NCBI GenBank assembly: GCA_002633005.1
Contig: NMRA01000114.1
Coordinates: 2,343-51,282 of the forward strand
Length of the DNA: 48,940 bases
Reading direction: 5' to 3'
Source: Phoronis australis
Lineage: Eukaryota > Animalia > Phoronida
Position numbers and translations under genes: made by a program. A model generated the notes under the pieces. That model did not search any database. It was not told where the DNA came from and saw only the letters and a list, made by a program, of their open reading frames with translations. This document shows positions 36,448 through 48,940 of this stretch, piece by piece (position 1 is the stretch's first letter; every line of letters starts with the position of its first letter).

Positions 36448-36552
36448 CTCTCCCTATCTCTCATTCCCTCCCCCTCCTCCCTTCCTCTCTTCCCCTCCTT
36501 CTCTCCCCTTCCCTCTCTCCCTAACTCCCTCCCCACTCTCTCTATCCTTCCT
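36448..36552. repeat. Polypyrimidine (CT-rich) low-complexity tract
   Basis: About 105 nt almost entirely C/T on the + strand. Confidence 0.9.
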
Positions 36553-38698
36553 GTCTGTTAACCACGCATTTCAATCATTGGACGAAATGTAAAGTTCAAA
36601 TACAAGTTTGAAAAGTTGGAAGTTTAACTTATTGCAGAATAAATCAATTACATGCGTGTATATGATCATTCTGATGCTATGGTGATAATTATTGTTCATC
36701 AAACACGACTAAGGACCGGCAAATCTTCTTGTTGTACCACCAATAACAACTAATTTTGTCCTGAAATGAGACTTTTCCTTTGAGTGTAATTGTCAAACTT
36801 TTTAAAATCTGATTCCTCAAATAAACTCTTCACGTTAAGTTGGAGCTTCTCCGTCATTCTCTATGTTTTGCCAAATATGAGTCAATAAACGTATTTATTT
36901 CAGGAAGTGGAAGTCCTGTAAAATTTTATTTCTGACTTAACTAAAACCTGCTATTAATTTGGTTACATAACTGTACCTTTTAGTAGTTAAATTAACAAAA
37001 ATATAGATTTATTCTTAGCAATACGAAATCGACAACATGACCAAATTCCATTTGGTATAAATATTAATTATTAAAACACAAAAACCTGTTGCAGTTGTAC
37101 ATACATGTAAAACATACAGGTAGTATGTGAACATTTGCTGTAAATTCAGCCATTTATTAGATAAGATGTTCCAAAGTTAGCCAATGTCAAGAGTAGACCG
37201 ACAGTAGTTTTGGATCTATAGATAATATTTTCCTGTTAACCATTTGTTTACTAGTAGATAGCACTTGAATGTGAAAGTTGTTTACGACTACAATTGGATA
37301 TTAGAGAACATTCTAAGACAGTGAACCATGGGGTCGGGTTACTGATGACGCTTGACGTAATTTGTTTACAGTTGGAAACATGTGGTCGTTCTAGAAGAAA
37401 GTTTCGTTATATAAATCTAGGCTTGCACTAGCCGCTCGAGAGCTCGCCATTAGCGATGGTAGGGCTAAGTCTATTCGCCAAATTGACCTATCGCAAGCTC
37501 CGCCCTTATGCGAAAAGTCACGTGATACCCGACAATCGAACGAGATATCAGAGGCAAATACACTGCCGCTAAACGACGTTCCTTCTGGAATCGATGAGTG
37601 TTTTTGTACTATTTGACTAAAACGATACGACAGAGACAAGAGGTGATGCTTTTCAACAGAGAATCGTACGTTCATGATATGGGAATTTGTAAAGGTGACG
37701 ATGAAAAAATAAGTGCTCGAGGACCCAGCGAAAATCCTAAGAACCCCTCGGCCTCGGGGCCACCTTCACTTGCATTACCAGCAATTCGTAAACTAGGTCA
37801 TCCGCCAGGTTCTCTGCGTAAACTAGGTCATCGCTTATGGACCAGTTAGCGCTTCACACTCCGCGTGTCTACTTGAGAGAAGCACCAGGAAGGTTGTTCT
37901 ACATTTTGTAGCCCAAAATTACCAAAGTTCAAATATATTCAGTTGAAAAGGAAAGACAAAACATATCATTACAGATGTCTGGCCAATATCATGAGTCACT
38001 ACTCGTAAGCAAATCAAAGCTGTCCTTACTCGTTGCCTTATCTCCCACTACCCGTCAATAGTTTTCAGTTCGCAATGCAACAATACAATTCTCATAAATT
38101 CAGCTTGTAATGACCCCTTTCAATTTTAAACCATGCCCAAAGTACTCGGAAACAAATTATTGTTAGATACAACGAGTTTTTTTTTTCTCTGAAGTGGATC
38201 GTAAACACCTCAGGTGACTGAGTTTTCCGCACATAGCTACTTTGGCCTAGAGCTGAATCCTGCTCCTCGGGCTGGGCCGGTCAAGGGCTAATCCCTGTTG
38301 TACGCACTACTTAAGCATTGGAACCAAACTGTTATATATAGAGAAAACGTTTATTAGTATACTGGTGTGAATATTATCAGTGATTTAACCAAAAACTTCG
38401 AATTAACTAGACCCACTAATGGATAGTCTATGACGATAAACTGATATCAAAAGGCCAAAATTGGCAATTTTCGGCGACCCCATGTTAAATACAAAATTTT
38501 GCCTAATTTTATTCAAAATTCTATATTTCAATCTTGATTATACTGACATCTGTTGGGTCTATCGGCAACTAACCGCACATGAAAGGCTTGGTCGAAAATT
38601 ATCGTTTTCTCACATGCACTTTCGGGTTTTTAGCGGCGATTCCACTGATCGAAGCGACAAAATAAGCCAAAACTTTGGCCATACCATGTTAAACATAA

Positions 38699-39268
38699 NN
38701 NNNNNNNNNNNNNNNNNNNNNNNNNNNNNNNNNNNNNNNNNNNNNNNNNNNNNNNNNNNNNNNNNNNNNNNNNNNNNNNNNNNNNNNNNNNNNNNNNNNN
38801 NNNNNNNNNNNNNNNNNNNNNNNNNNNNNNNNNNNNNNNNNNNNNNNNNNNNNNNNNNNNNNNNNNNNNNNNNNNNNNNNNNNNNNNNNNNNNNNNNNNN
38901 NNNNNNNNNNNNNNNNNNNNNNNNNNNNNNNNNNNNNNNNNNNNNNNNNNNNNNNNNNNNNNNNNNNNNNNNNNNNNNNNNNNNNNNNNNNNNNNNNNNN
39001 NNNNNNNNNNNNNNNNNNNNNNNNNNNNNNNNNNNNNNNNNNNNNNNNNNNNNNNNNNNNNNNNNNNNNNNNNNNNNNNNNNNNNNNNNNNNNNNNNNNN
39101 NNNNNNNNNNNNNNNNNNNNNNNNNNNNNNNNNNNNNNNNNNNNNNNNNNNNNNNNNNNNNNNNNNNNNNNNNNNNNNNNNNNNNNNNNNNNNNNNNNNN
39201 NNNNNNNNNNNNNNNNNNNNNNNNNNNNNNNNNNNNNNNNNNNNNNNNNNNNNNNNNNNNNNNNNNNN
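38699..39268. other. Assembly gap (570 N)
   Basis: Run of N. Confidence 1.
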
Positions 39269-42108
39269 CCCCCCCCCCTAAATCTGCCTATGGAATTATC
39301 CGTTTGCACCATTAAGACATTTAAATTAGGCCTACCTTCTTATGAACTTGGCATTTTTGTAGTTCCATTCCATAAAGGTAGATTTCATTTAATTTTGAAG
39401 GTAGCATGATCACTAAGTCGTGGTATGGTTACAAAAGGTTACGAGTCTGGTGTGGTAGTTGCAAAAATAGGGTATTTACAAAAATAACTCAAATTCAATT
39501 TTAAAGCTTCATAAATCTAAATATCATGTTTGAACAACTTCAAAATGAGCTCTCTCTAACTCTACAGACATAGTGCATACTAGAGTTACACGTCAAAAAG
39601 TAATTCAATATAGTTTATTTTTAGTGACAACAGCTTGACCAAGGCTTTGAGCTCCGGCAGTAGTGCCCTTCCCTGTGCCGATCGAATCTCTGAATTTTGA
39701 CCGGGAGATAAGTTCAGTTGATCGCCAGCCTATGGTTTATGAATAACAAAAATGCACCTCCGATACGAAACAAAATAATGTCCATTAGTTTGAAATAAAT
39801 GAAAATAAAATATAAATGTCCTTGAAAACAACAATTTCCGGAGTGCTGTGATCCAGCAGGTGCCGAAACAAAGGCGGCCAGACGTAGGAAACTCGGGAGT
39901 CAAAATCTGAGATAGCCCTGCATCATAGACACCATGCTGAATAGTGCGTAACTTGGAACTAACATATTTGTGTTTATTATAGTCTTCGAGTTATAAAGCA
40001 ACACCGCTAAGTTCAGCTGCTCGTGTGGCCGTACAGTTTGATTCATAGTTTACGCTTTCAACATCATTTTTCGTCTTAGGACATGCCAAAAATGACAGGA
40101 TATTATTCTGGAGCAGCATAACGGCTGTCGGTGCTACACATGCCATATCAACACCGTTTTCCTATTCTTAGCGGACAATTTCTTGAGCTATAGACTAAAG
40201 TAAGTTTTACTCAACTACGTGTGGTTTGTCGGGTAAAATGGCGGCTTGGAAACGCAGACGAAGGTGTGCCAAGAATGCTGCGTTCTGATTGGTCAATTAA
40301 GCCGTCCGTCATAATCTTGGCGATAGGTCAATTGGCGTACGCTTTCGCAACCTATCAATAAAAATTAATTTCGGGAAACCTGCTCTTGTGTCGACTAACA
40401 GTGAATCAGCTTGAGTCAAGATGTGTTACCAACGTCATTCTTACTTCGATTAGGAGTCCTAACCTAAAAGTAGCAAGGGAATATTCCATTTCATGTCAGT
40501 CTCCCCCCCCCCCGAAATCACTCTTTTACCGCTACGAAATGTTCAACTGTGTACGGGGAGTTAAGCGCTCTTGGTAGTGGCAATTTCTCGCTTCATAGCT
40601 TGTCGTCTGCAGGTGACAATGTCAGAACGATGAATAGAAAATTATTTCGGCGGCAAACATGACAAGGTCTCACTTTTTACTCTCGAGACTTTGTTTGAGC
40701 CGGTCCGATGGTATTAAATTACACGGGGGGGGTAAAGCTGAACTGAACTGTCTTAAATATGCAATATGAACTCAAGGTTTACATTGATTACTTTCATATT
40801 ACATGAATCTCTCCTAATTCATAACCAGCTTTACTAATTTCCATCGCACAATTTGTGGTGTCAAATACTGTTTGAGTCTTGACACTGAAAGGTTTCCTTT
40901 TCATGGGGTAAACGGCGCGAACGACGCCGGAAGAACGAGTGCTATCTATTTTCAAATCAAAAAGCGTCACGTGCCATACTTAGCTAGCTAGACGTCGCAA
41001 GTTTAGAAACAGAGCCCTCGATTATACGAAAGGAAAAATGCCTGTGCCTTCCGACAGGGGAACTTTGGGAGTGTGGAAAAAATTCTAACCCATCAATAGT
41101 ACCCTCAACCCACCCTGTTGCAACCCCCATAGGCTGTGCCTCAGTATTCAAAAGTAACATTTTGCGCCATTTCAAATTGTGACCTGCGTGAGTTACAAAT
41201 GATTCGAACCTAGAGGACAATTTTTCAAACACTTGAGAGAAATTGTTGACTTCATGGGGGAATTTCGAGTGACTTTTCTATGTTTTTCGGGGAAGAATAG
41301 GGTCGATATTAGGCCACAAAATCTAGGGATTGAGGGCCCAGAAAAAGTTATTGAGAGACTGGGACGCGTTTGCATCGCGGCGGCGGCCGAAAGAAACCAA
41401 TGCAAAGTAAATCTGCACAATTCACCTCTATTTTACAAGTCACAAGTTATGTTAACCTTTTGGACCTAAATCTCTTGGTCATGTGGCCTGCGTACCCCAT
41501 TGTAATTTGGGGACAGAGGGAACCCCTTCCCAATTTTGTTTAAGGTCAAAATAATTTAAAGGCCCATGTGGAAATCGTACACGAGATGTAAATTGAGTAT
41601 AGGGGGAGCCTCTGCCCAAACTTTTTATGTCCTAACAAAATCCATGTTGGCTGACATCCCCTCCAACTTATTAGGTTGCTATGTAACCTTGGAAATTTTT
41701 TTCGAATGAAACTTTTAATTCAACCAACCAGTACATAGCTGTACTGCAACATAACGCTAAAATCTCGTGAGAGACCGTCCCGAGTTGGCAGCTCGAGCAA
41801 CTCGGGGCGGTCTGGGATCAAGAGAAAAACCACAGGGTAGACCTGTGGTCGACAGATCTATTCGGTCGATTACATTTTATTGCCCGTGAAGGCTGCCTGA
41901 AGAAACATGACTCGCGTGTTTGTATTTTCGCCTTTTTCAACGACCTGTAAAAGGTTGGTCAACAAATTCCTCGTAAAATTCTGAAAACAAGCGTTTTTCT
42001 CCCAGGAAAATCGATGAAGTTTTGGCCGAGATATTTCACTTTCAGTCCAGGCTAGCCCTGCACACTCGAGAATCGTCAGAAAAGATTCCTACGCGGTAAT
42101 GCGGTTTC

Positions 42109-42237
42109 TATGGTGGGCCGTTGAGGGGAAAGTGTCGCCGTAAAATTACGCTCGTAATTATGAGCGTAATTTGAATTGCAGGAGTGTCGCCGTAAAATTA
42201 CGCTCGTAAATTAAATGGTGAAAAATTTCGCCGTAAA
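42109..42237 (+). mobile_element. Second left end of the IS3EU-like family, cut off at a single-N contig join
   Basis: TATGGTGGGCCGTTGAGGGGAAAGTGTCGCCGTAAAATTACGCTCG.. is nearly identical to 43388 onward but has a different 5' flank. N at 42238. Confidence 0.75.
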
Positions 42238-43411
42238 NTCCTAGATCCGCCACTGTAGACGTAACACTTTTCCTTCGTATGGAAAATGTGACCTTTGAAC
42301 TTCGATATAAACAAAACAATAGCGACTTAAGCAGCAGCCAGTCTAATTACGAGACAATTGGTGTAATTTTTAACTGTTCAAAATAAGTTAAAAAAGTATC
42401 GTATGCATTCAAATATGTTCTAAAACGCATTTGGGATTATTTTTAGAAAATGGCTTGCTTCACTGGCTTGCTGGGAGGCAAATTAGAAACTCTATGGTAA
42501 CTACAGAGGTTTTCCTTTGCCCGTATTTCAAAAATAATGAATTTTGTGATTTTTTCTGGATATTCCCTCACAAAGGAAAGTGAATAACTATGTAGTAGAC
42601 GTTGCGAGATGGTACTTTCGTCAGGAATTGTTTAAAAATATATTTGACGTGCGTTCCATGTCTCTTTAAAATATTTGCAATATAAGAAATCCGATCACTG
42701 TTTCCTAAAAAGAGTGAATAGTTCTCGGTAGTACAATAAAGTGATGCAGAGCTCAGCAGTGCTCCCTCTGGCGTAGTCAACAGATCGTCACGATTCACGG
42801 AATAAAACGATTTGTTAATTTTAAAATATTGGCGACTTCCGCACTCCAGTAACTGTTCCCAAGAGATAATTAACAGATTTCGGCAGCGCGTTAAAATTTC
42901 TTGTTTTATTACATTTAGATTTGTACCTACATCTAACCACTGTTCTCTTTGATTGATTCAACGGATCATAGTTGCGAGGCAATGAAAAGATGTGGGTAAT
43001 TTGTAACTAAAATGCAGTACGAAACTAAAAAGACGTTGATTTGGGTATTCCTTCATTTTAGCATTTGGAATTCATTGAAAGTCACAAAAAGTGGATCATT
43101 AACAAATTTAAAAATTGTTTTATAGTTTCGTCATGGTCGTGTTATAGTGGAAAGCAGAACTTACGAGTGGGGGTAAAAAAATCAAATGTACCCTTTGTCG
43201 GTATTTCATGGGACACACTAGAACTAGATTCAAAGTGAACCTACTGTAATCGTCTCCTTTATCTTTGTAATTTTCTACGTCGTTGTTCAGATTGTCTAGA
43301 ATGCCTTGACATGACCCTGGGGAATTGGCAACAGGTGGTAGTGGATAAGTTAAACAAAATTCAAAAAGCTCATAGAATCCCGAAAAGTATGGTAGGCCGT
43401 TGAGGGGAAAG

Positions 43412-43632
43412 TGTCGCCGTAAAATTACGCTCGTAATTAGGAGCGTAATTTAAATTGCAGGAATGTCGCCATAAAATTACGCTCGTAATTACGAGCGTAA
43501 TTTGAATTACAGGAGTGTCGCCGTAAAATTACGCTCGTAAATTAAATGGTGAAAAATTTCGCCGTAAAATTACGCTCGTAATTACGAGCGTAAATTAAAT
43601 AAGGAAATGTCGCCGTAAATTACGCTTGTAAA
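43412..43632. repeat. Subterminal array of five TCGCC(G/A)TAAAATTACGCTCGTAA units with internal palindromes
   Basis: Units at ~43414, 43466, 43518, 43559 and 43610. Perfect 30-bp palindrome AAATTACGCTCGTAATTACGAGCGTAATTT at 43474-43503. Confidence 0.92.
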
Positions 43633-43849
43633 ATTCCTCAAGAACGTTCCAAATTTAAACCAATCAATGGTAACCTAACATACTCGAAAAACCAATATGG
43701 CTACGGATGGACATGGAGATGACTTTCTGTTGAATGTGCAGCGAATTGTAAATGACATGTGTCGACGAACTTCTACGCCTCCCGTGGAAACAGGTGTCCT
43801 CAATTCAGTGACACTAAGGTAAGTTTCTCTCTCTAGGGTGAGGTATGCT

Positions 43850-44010
43850 CAGGGGCGGATCCAGGATTTTGAGTTAGAGGGGGGAAGGGCAAAGTATTAG
43901 CCAGGATTTTGCCAGTCAGGCATTCGCACCCCCGAACTGCCAAATGTAATCTGGTAGAATTTTAGGGGGGGGGGCATGGGCCCCTTGGCACCCCTCTAAA
44001 TACGCCACTG
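43850..44010. mobile_element. MITE inserted in transposase intron 1, with 5-bp target-site duplication
   Basis: ATGCT|CAGGGGCGGATCC...TACGCCACTG|ATGCT. Confidence 0.85.
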
Positions 44011-44760
44011 ATGCTGGTGGAAAATTAACATACCAACAAATTCAGTGACTGTACTTAAAAACGTTGTCTCAGACTCAATGTTCCATTGATTACGAAAATT
44101 CCGTAAATTTGTCTCCCTGACTGTAAGTCATCTTACTAGCGTCGGGGTACACATGTATCCGGCGTCTGCATTTTGCTGAATGCTAACATAAGCACAGCTA
44201 TACCCTTCATTTGACTTATTGTTTGTGTCCGAGACTGAAATGGTTAAGGTCGATCAATTTTTATTTAGGGGCCGATTGTGGGTATACTGTCGACTTTACT
44301 AAAGGAACTCCACGGTAAATTTGCTGTATAAAGACTACGCTTGTTGTTGTCAACGCGTAACGGGGAACTCTATCTTGACTTGGCGAAAATGCTATGATCA
44401 CTTTAGAATCATGCGTACATGTATGTATCGAAGTCTCATTCGTCCCTGATCCCGCCATATGGCGTGACTGTTTGTTTTCACTCAGGGCCTGATGCCGTCT
44501 GGAGGCGTTATCTAAACAATGTATCTCACAGGCGGATCACGCCTTCAGGAGGGATAGAAGGCAGGAACTTATTGGTTTAAGTTTAAATATATCTAGGGTA
44601 TTCCCAGTTTTGTGTCCAATGATTATTGAGACACCAGATTCTGTATTAACTTGTTCAGTTTGTGAAGTTAATGCCTATTGGTTGTTATTTCTGGATTTTA
44701 GAACCATTTCTTCACAAGCGAATTATCAATTCAAGGAAAAACCAGGAAGCGTGTTAACTT

Positions 44761-46466
44761 TGTAGTGGCTGTTGTGGTACCTTTTGAAAGGTTATAGAGA
44801 TGTTTCTCCATGAAATATAGTATATTTGTTTGATTTGAAGACATGAAGCTAACTGCCCTGAATTGGAGTCTAATTGGTGTTACATGTACATAACACTGCT
44901 GTCACCACTTAATCATCTGCTAGGGTCCTCCTGTTTATTTTATTTGAACTGACCAGAAACAATAACAAAATGTTCAATTACTTTACTGTGACTAGCACTG
45001 TGCACATACTCACTTGAAATTGCTGCCTTGATATTATACGGGCATCATCTCTGCTGCTCTCTCACAGTTCTTGAAGTTTTTATTACGGAGGATAGTGTGG
45101 ATACTGATGACACTGGTCACATTTAGATATAGACTTCAGTGATTATGGATATGAAAGGGTGGATACCGATGGCACTCAGTGGCCAGATTTAGATACAGAT
45201 TTAAGTGATCTAGATTATGACGGGGATATGACACATTGAAAGCTTTCTTGACATCTTTTCTGGAAATTTAAATGGATTATTTGTAAACAAATATCTTTGT
45301 TTCTGGAAAACAAAAAGTAAAACTATTTGTTGAACCCTTTATCAATATTGAACTTGGATAAATTTTATATCATCATGAAGCTCATTTACTCAAGATGAGT
45401 TGCTGAAAATTTGCTAAGTATATGTTTACTAATGACTGAGTGACGAGGTTTTAATTATGTGCAGTGCTTCTGACCTAGTTCTGAGTGAAATACCCTCCGA
45501 CTTCAAGGGGTAGACATTCCACAGCTAAGCCAGCCTATTAGCTGCTTATGCCATATGGTGCTCAGGGTCGAATGAGTTAACGAATTGTGCTTCACATCAT
45601 ACCTCACAGTTGTACNTGTAGTGGCTGTTGTGGTACCTTTTGAAAGGTTATAGAGATGTTCCTCCATGAAATATAGTATATTTGTTTGATTTGCAGACAT
45701 GAAGCTAACTGCCCTGAATTGGAGTCTAATTGGTGTTACATAACACTGCTGTCACCACTTAATCATCTGCTAGGGTGCTCCTGTTTATTTTATTTGAACT
45801 GACCAGAAACAATAACAAAATGTTCAATTACTTCTCTGTGATTAGCACTGTGCACATACTCACTTGAAATTGCTGCCTTGATATTATACGGACTTCATCT
45901 CTGCTGCTCTCTCACAGTTCTTGAAGTTTTTATTTTGGAGGATAGTGTAGATACTGATGACACTGGTCACATTTAGATATAGACTTCAGTGATTATGGAT
46001 ATGAAAGGGTGGATACCGATGGCACTCAGTGGTCAGATTTAGATACAGATTTCAGTGATCTAGATTATGACGGGGATATGACACATGGAAAGCTTTCTTG
46101 ACATCTTTTCTGGAAATTTAAATGGATTATTTGTAAACAAATATCTTTGTTTTTGGAAAACAAAAAGTAAAACTATTTGTTGAACCCTTTATCAATATTG
46201 AACTTGGATAAATTTTATATCATCATGAAGCTCATTTACTCAAGATGAGTTGCTGAAAATTTGGTAAGTATAGGTTTACTAATGACTGAGTAACGAGGTT
46301 TTAATTATGTGCAGTGCTTCTGACCTAGTTCTGAGTGAAATACCCTCAGACTTCAAGGGGTAGACATTCCACAGCTAAGCCAGCCTATTAAGCTGTTTAT
46401 GCCATATGGTGCTCAGGGTCGAATGAGTTAACGAATTGTGCTTCACATCATACCTCACAGTTGTAC
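44761..46466. repeat. ~855-bp direct duplication joined by a single N (likely two haplotypes abutted by the assembler)
   Basis: 44761-45615 and 45617-46466 are nearly identical. The N at 45616 is exactly at the junction. Confidence 0.9.
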
Positions 46467-48602
46467 TAGGTACAGGCAGCCTAATCTGGGAAAGGAGCAT
46501 CAACGAAATTCATATTAAACTGTCGCTATCTATGTGTTGACTGGGTCTACATTACATGTTATTTCAGATGTGAACAATTGATGACTAATGTGCTTAGAGG
46601 CAGTTGCAGTCTATGCACAGAGAGCGAGTCGGAGCGTATTACTGGTCTCCTGTCACAACTACGTCATGAGGCAAAAACATTACTGGAAAGTAATAACACA
46701 GATACCTTGTGCAACATAGCAGTTAGGTACTTAAAACCTTCTGTGCAAATGAGGCCCATGTGCCTACATCCAAAAATAATGTATTCGCACAATCACCTAT
46801 TCTTCAATATTTAAACACAGGCTACTCTGTACATTTGCAATTGTTTTCTGTGAAAAAATAAATTTCTTGGAGAAATTTTGAGAAATAAACTTGTTTTAAA
46901 GTGTAACGCATGTTATAGTTTCTATGGAAAATTAAATATCTGTACTCTGGTCAATTGTAGCTCTATATGGATACACAGCACCTTGGATGTGTAATGGGAA
47001 AATAGGAGGTCCAAAGAAGAACATATCCAAAGAACAACTCCTGTTCTTAACTAAAGCAAAGATGACCAACCGAGCCATAACGAATTGCCTGGGGGTGTCA
47101 GTGGACACCGTAAAATCGGGACTTAGGTAAGTTTTAGTTGGAAATGCAGCATAAAAGGCCAAGATGATGAAACTATGCATTATTTCTGTTCATAAAGTGT
47201 GGTTTTAATGCTATTACTAAACTTGATCAAACAAGAGAGAAACCGAATATCAATGGAGAACATTAATACATTTAGAAACGGATATGTAAATTAAGCTCGC
47301 ACTAAACTGACCATACTTCCTTACTGTGGGATTCCGCTTCTCCAAGTTGAAACGGGTTGATTTGTAGGCCCAGTTTACCCCCACAAATCGGAATCTGTAT
47401 GCAAATTATCATGGATAAGAAAGTTTGAAAATGAAGTTTATTCTCATTTGATAGAGATCTATATGAAATATTAGAAAAAGGTTTGACGCTTTTGGTAATT
47501 ACATTTACTTAAATATGAAATCATTCACGAAAATACCATGCCATTCACCTAAATATGTAGTTTTAGGAATCTATTGCACTCGCTAATGATGCTGTTACTG
47601 TAAATTAGCTAATTGTGTTATTGTTGCACAGATTATGGCTATACTTTTGTTGCCAGACACTGTCATTGTCATACAGTGTTTTCTTCACAGCCTCTTGAGG
47701 AATTTTTCTTCACCAACAGAAAATTATTTTGCCAACTTTTGTTTCGAATGTATTTCAGAGAATATGGTATTTTTAAAAGAACCCCATGTGATCTGTATAA
47801 CGGAAGACTTAGACATGGAGGTTGAACGGGCCATTGAAGGAAACAGAAAAATCGGCCCAAATGCTGTGAGAGCTCGCCTACAAGGCAAGGGCGTTTTTGT
47901 ACCACGATCAAGGGTCAGAGAAGCACTTCACCGAGTTGATCCTGCCGGATGCGCCATGCGCTCAGTTGGTGCGCAACTACACAGGCGCACTTACAATGTA
48001 CTTCCCCCCAACTCTCTTTGGCATGACGGGAACCATAAGTTAATAAGGTATATGTTGATTTGGTGAGGTACTCCATTTTCGTACTTTTATGCTACAAATG
48101 CCTAATTCAAGAGTGCAGCCTTTGTAACAACGCGTGCAGTCTTTTAAATATTTCCCATTTGTAACAACAAAAAGCTTAATGTGCGTGAGATTGTGTCAAT
48201 TTTATGTCAAGTTTTAAAAAATTGAACTATTCTGTCGGCTTTTCATTACGTTCAAGCGTTTACCTCTACGTTCATTCCCATTTACTACTTCTGACATTAC
48301 TTCCAGATGGGGCATAGTTATTCATGGTGGGGTGGATGGCTACAGTAGGTTGATCACCTTTATGCAGGCAGCAAACAACAACAAGTCAAGCACAGTTTTT
48401 CAAGCCTTCAAGGGAGCCGTTGAAGAGTAAGCATATACACTATATACACAAGAAGACAACTACATTAGAATATTGAAAGGAAAATGCGTTGTGCGAGGAA
48501 TACTCACCAAAAACACACACACACAAGGCACACACGCACACATTCATTGTTGCAGTATATTGCAGTCTCTATATCAGAGTCGAAATCTAAACTGCAGTCT
48601 AA

Positions 48603-48731
48603 ATGACGGCGCACCATAGGGGGCTGGGGGGATATACCCCCGCTTTTTTCAGTTCTCTGCGTCCATGGTCTATGGGCAGTGCACAAAGGGGGGCTATAAC
48701 CCCTATTTTTTCCAGTGCTGCGCCGCCCATG
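48603..48731. mobile_element. Two tandem copies of the CATGGGCGGCGCA short TIR element
   Basis: Homologous to 4107-4175; ends CAGTGCTGCGCCGCCCATG. Confidence 0.6.
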
Positions 48732-48940
48732 GTCTTATCTGCATTCCCTAAACCACATTACCAGCGAAACTTGTGACCATACATGCTCATCTTGTTCACA
48801 ACCTGATAGAATTTACACAGTAACCTTAACTGAGTTCATACAACAGACAACCATTTGAGGCCCATAGTCTCGTGTATCTAACTAGTACAGGGATGATCTA
48901 TGAAAACTTTCAAATGATATTTTGAGACATCTTAGTGTGA

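Larger units (their letters stand above)
43697..48426 (+). pseudogene. Integrase-core (IS3EU-type) transposase gene, spliced and disrupted, 3' incomplete
   Basis: Exons ~43697-43818 (MATDGHGDDFLLNVQR..), 46568-~46689, 46961-47126 (GGPKKNISKEQL..ITNCLGVSVDTV, HTH), 47759-48047 (GPNAVRARL..RVREALHRVDP..RRTYNVLPPNSLWH-DGNHKLIR), 48307-48426 (WGIVIHGGVDGYSRLITFM..NNKSSTVF..AV). Frameshift near 47795-47800 and one codon missing before the catalytic D. Confidence 0.8.
43388..48940 (+). mobile_element. IS3EU-like DDE DNA transposon (left end plus intron-containing transposase), continuing beyond the window
   Basis: Sharp TATGG terminus shared with the 42109 copy, a subterminal repeat array, then a spliced gene with an HTH and an integrase-core motif. 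Confidence 0.7.

Noticed and set aside
38461-39315. Long ORFs of 284 and 207 aa
   Set aside because: Artefacts of translating through the N gap.
40235-40295. YY1-like AAAATGGCGGC and CCAAT motifs as the gene promoter
   Set aside because: The same YY1-like motif occurs in an intron at ~23951. Short motifs alone are insufficient without TSS data.
43412-43632. CRISPR-like repeat-spacer array
   Set aside because: Eukaryotic context, spacers are short and related to each other, no cas genes, and it sits at a transposon end.

Overview
Intron-rich, AT-rich animal genomic DNA, probably from a marine invertebrate, with a 570-nt N gap and two single-N contig joins. It is not prokaryotic: no operons, rRNA or CRISPR. 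The main content is a minus-strand gene that I assembled by hand from 13 GT-AG exons with matching phases (21490-35996, about 1119 aa, N-terminal exon not located). It encodes four tandem TLDc domains, a TSP1 repeat, a ZP module (ZP-N + ZP-C), an RRKRR furin site, one transmembrane helix and an 11-aa tail. This places TLDc, normally a cytosolic domain, on the extracellular side of a ZP-type membrane/matrix protein. Each TLDc copy is a phase 1-1 exon with four added conserved cysteines. The rest is mostly transposon debris: a decayed Ngaro/DIRS tyrosine-recombinase retrotransposon, an L1/Tx1 fragment, a Penelope GIY-YIG fragment, an intron-containing IS3EU-like DDE transposon with palindromic subterminal repeats, and several MITEs. 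TACATGTA, a Tc1/mariner-type excision footprint, is strongly over-represented and appears twice as a +CATGTA difference between duplicated sequences.
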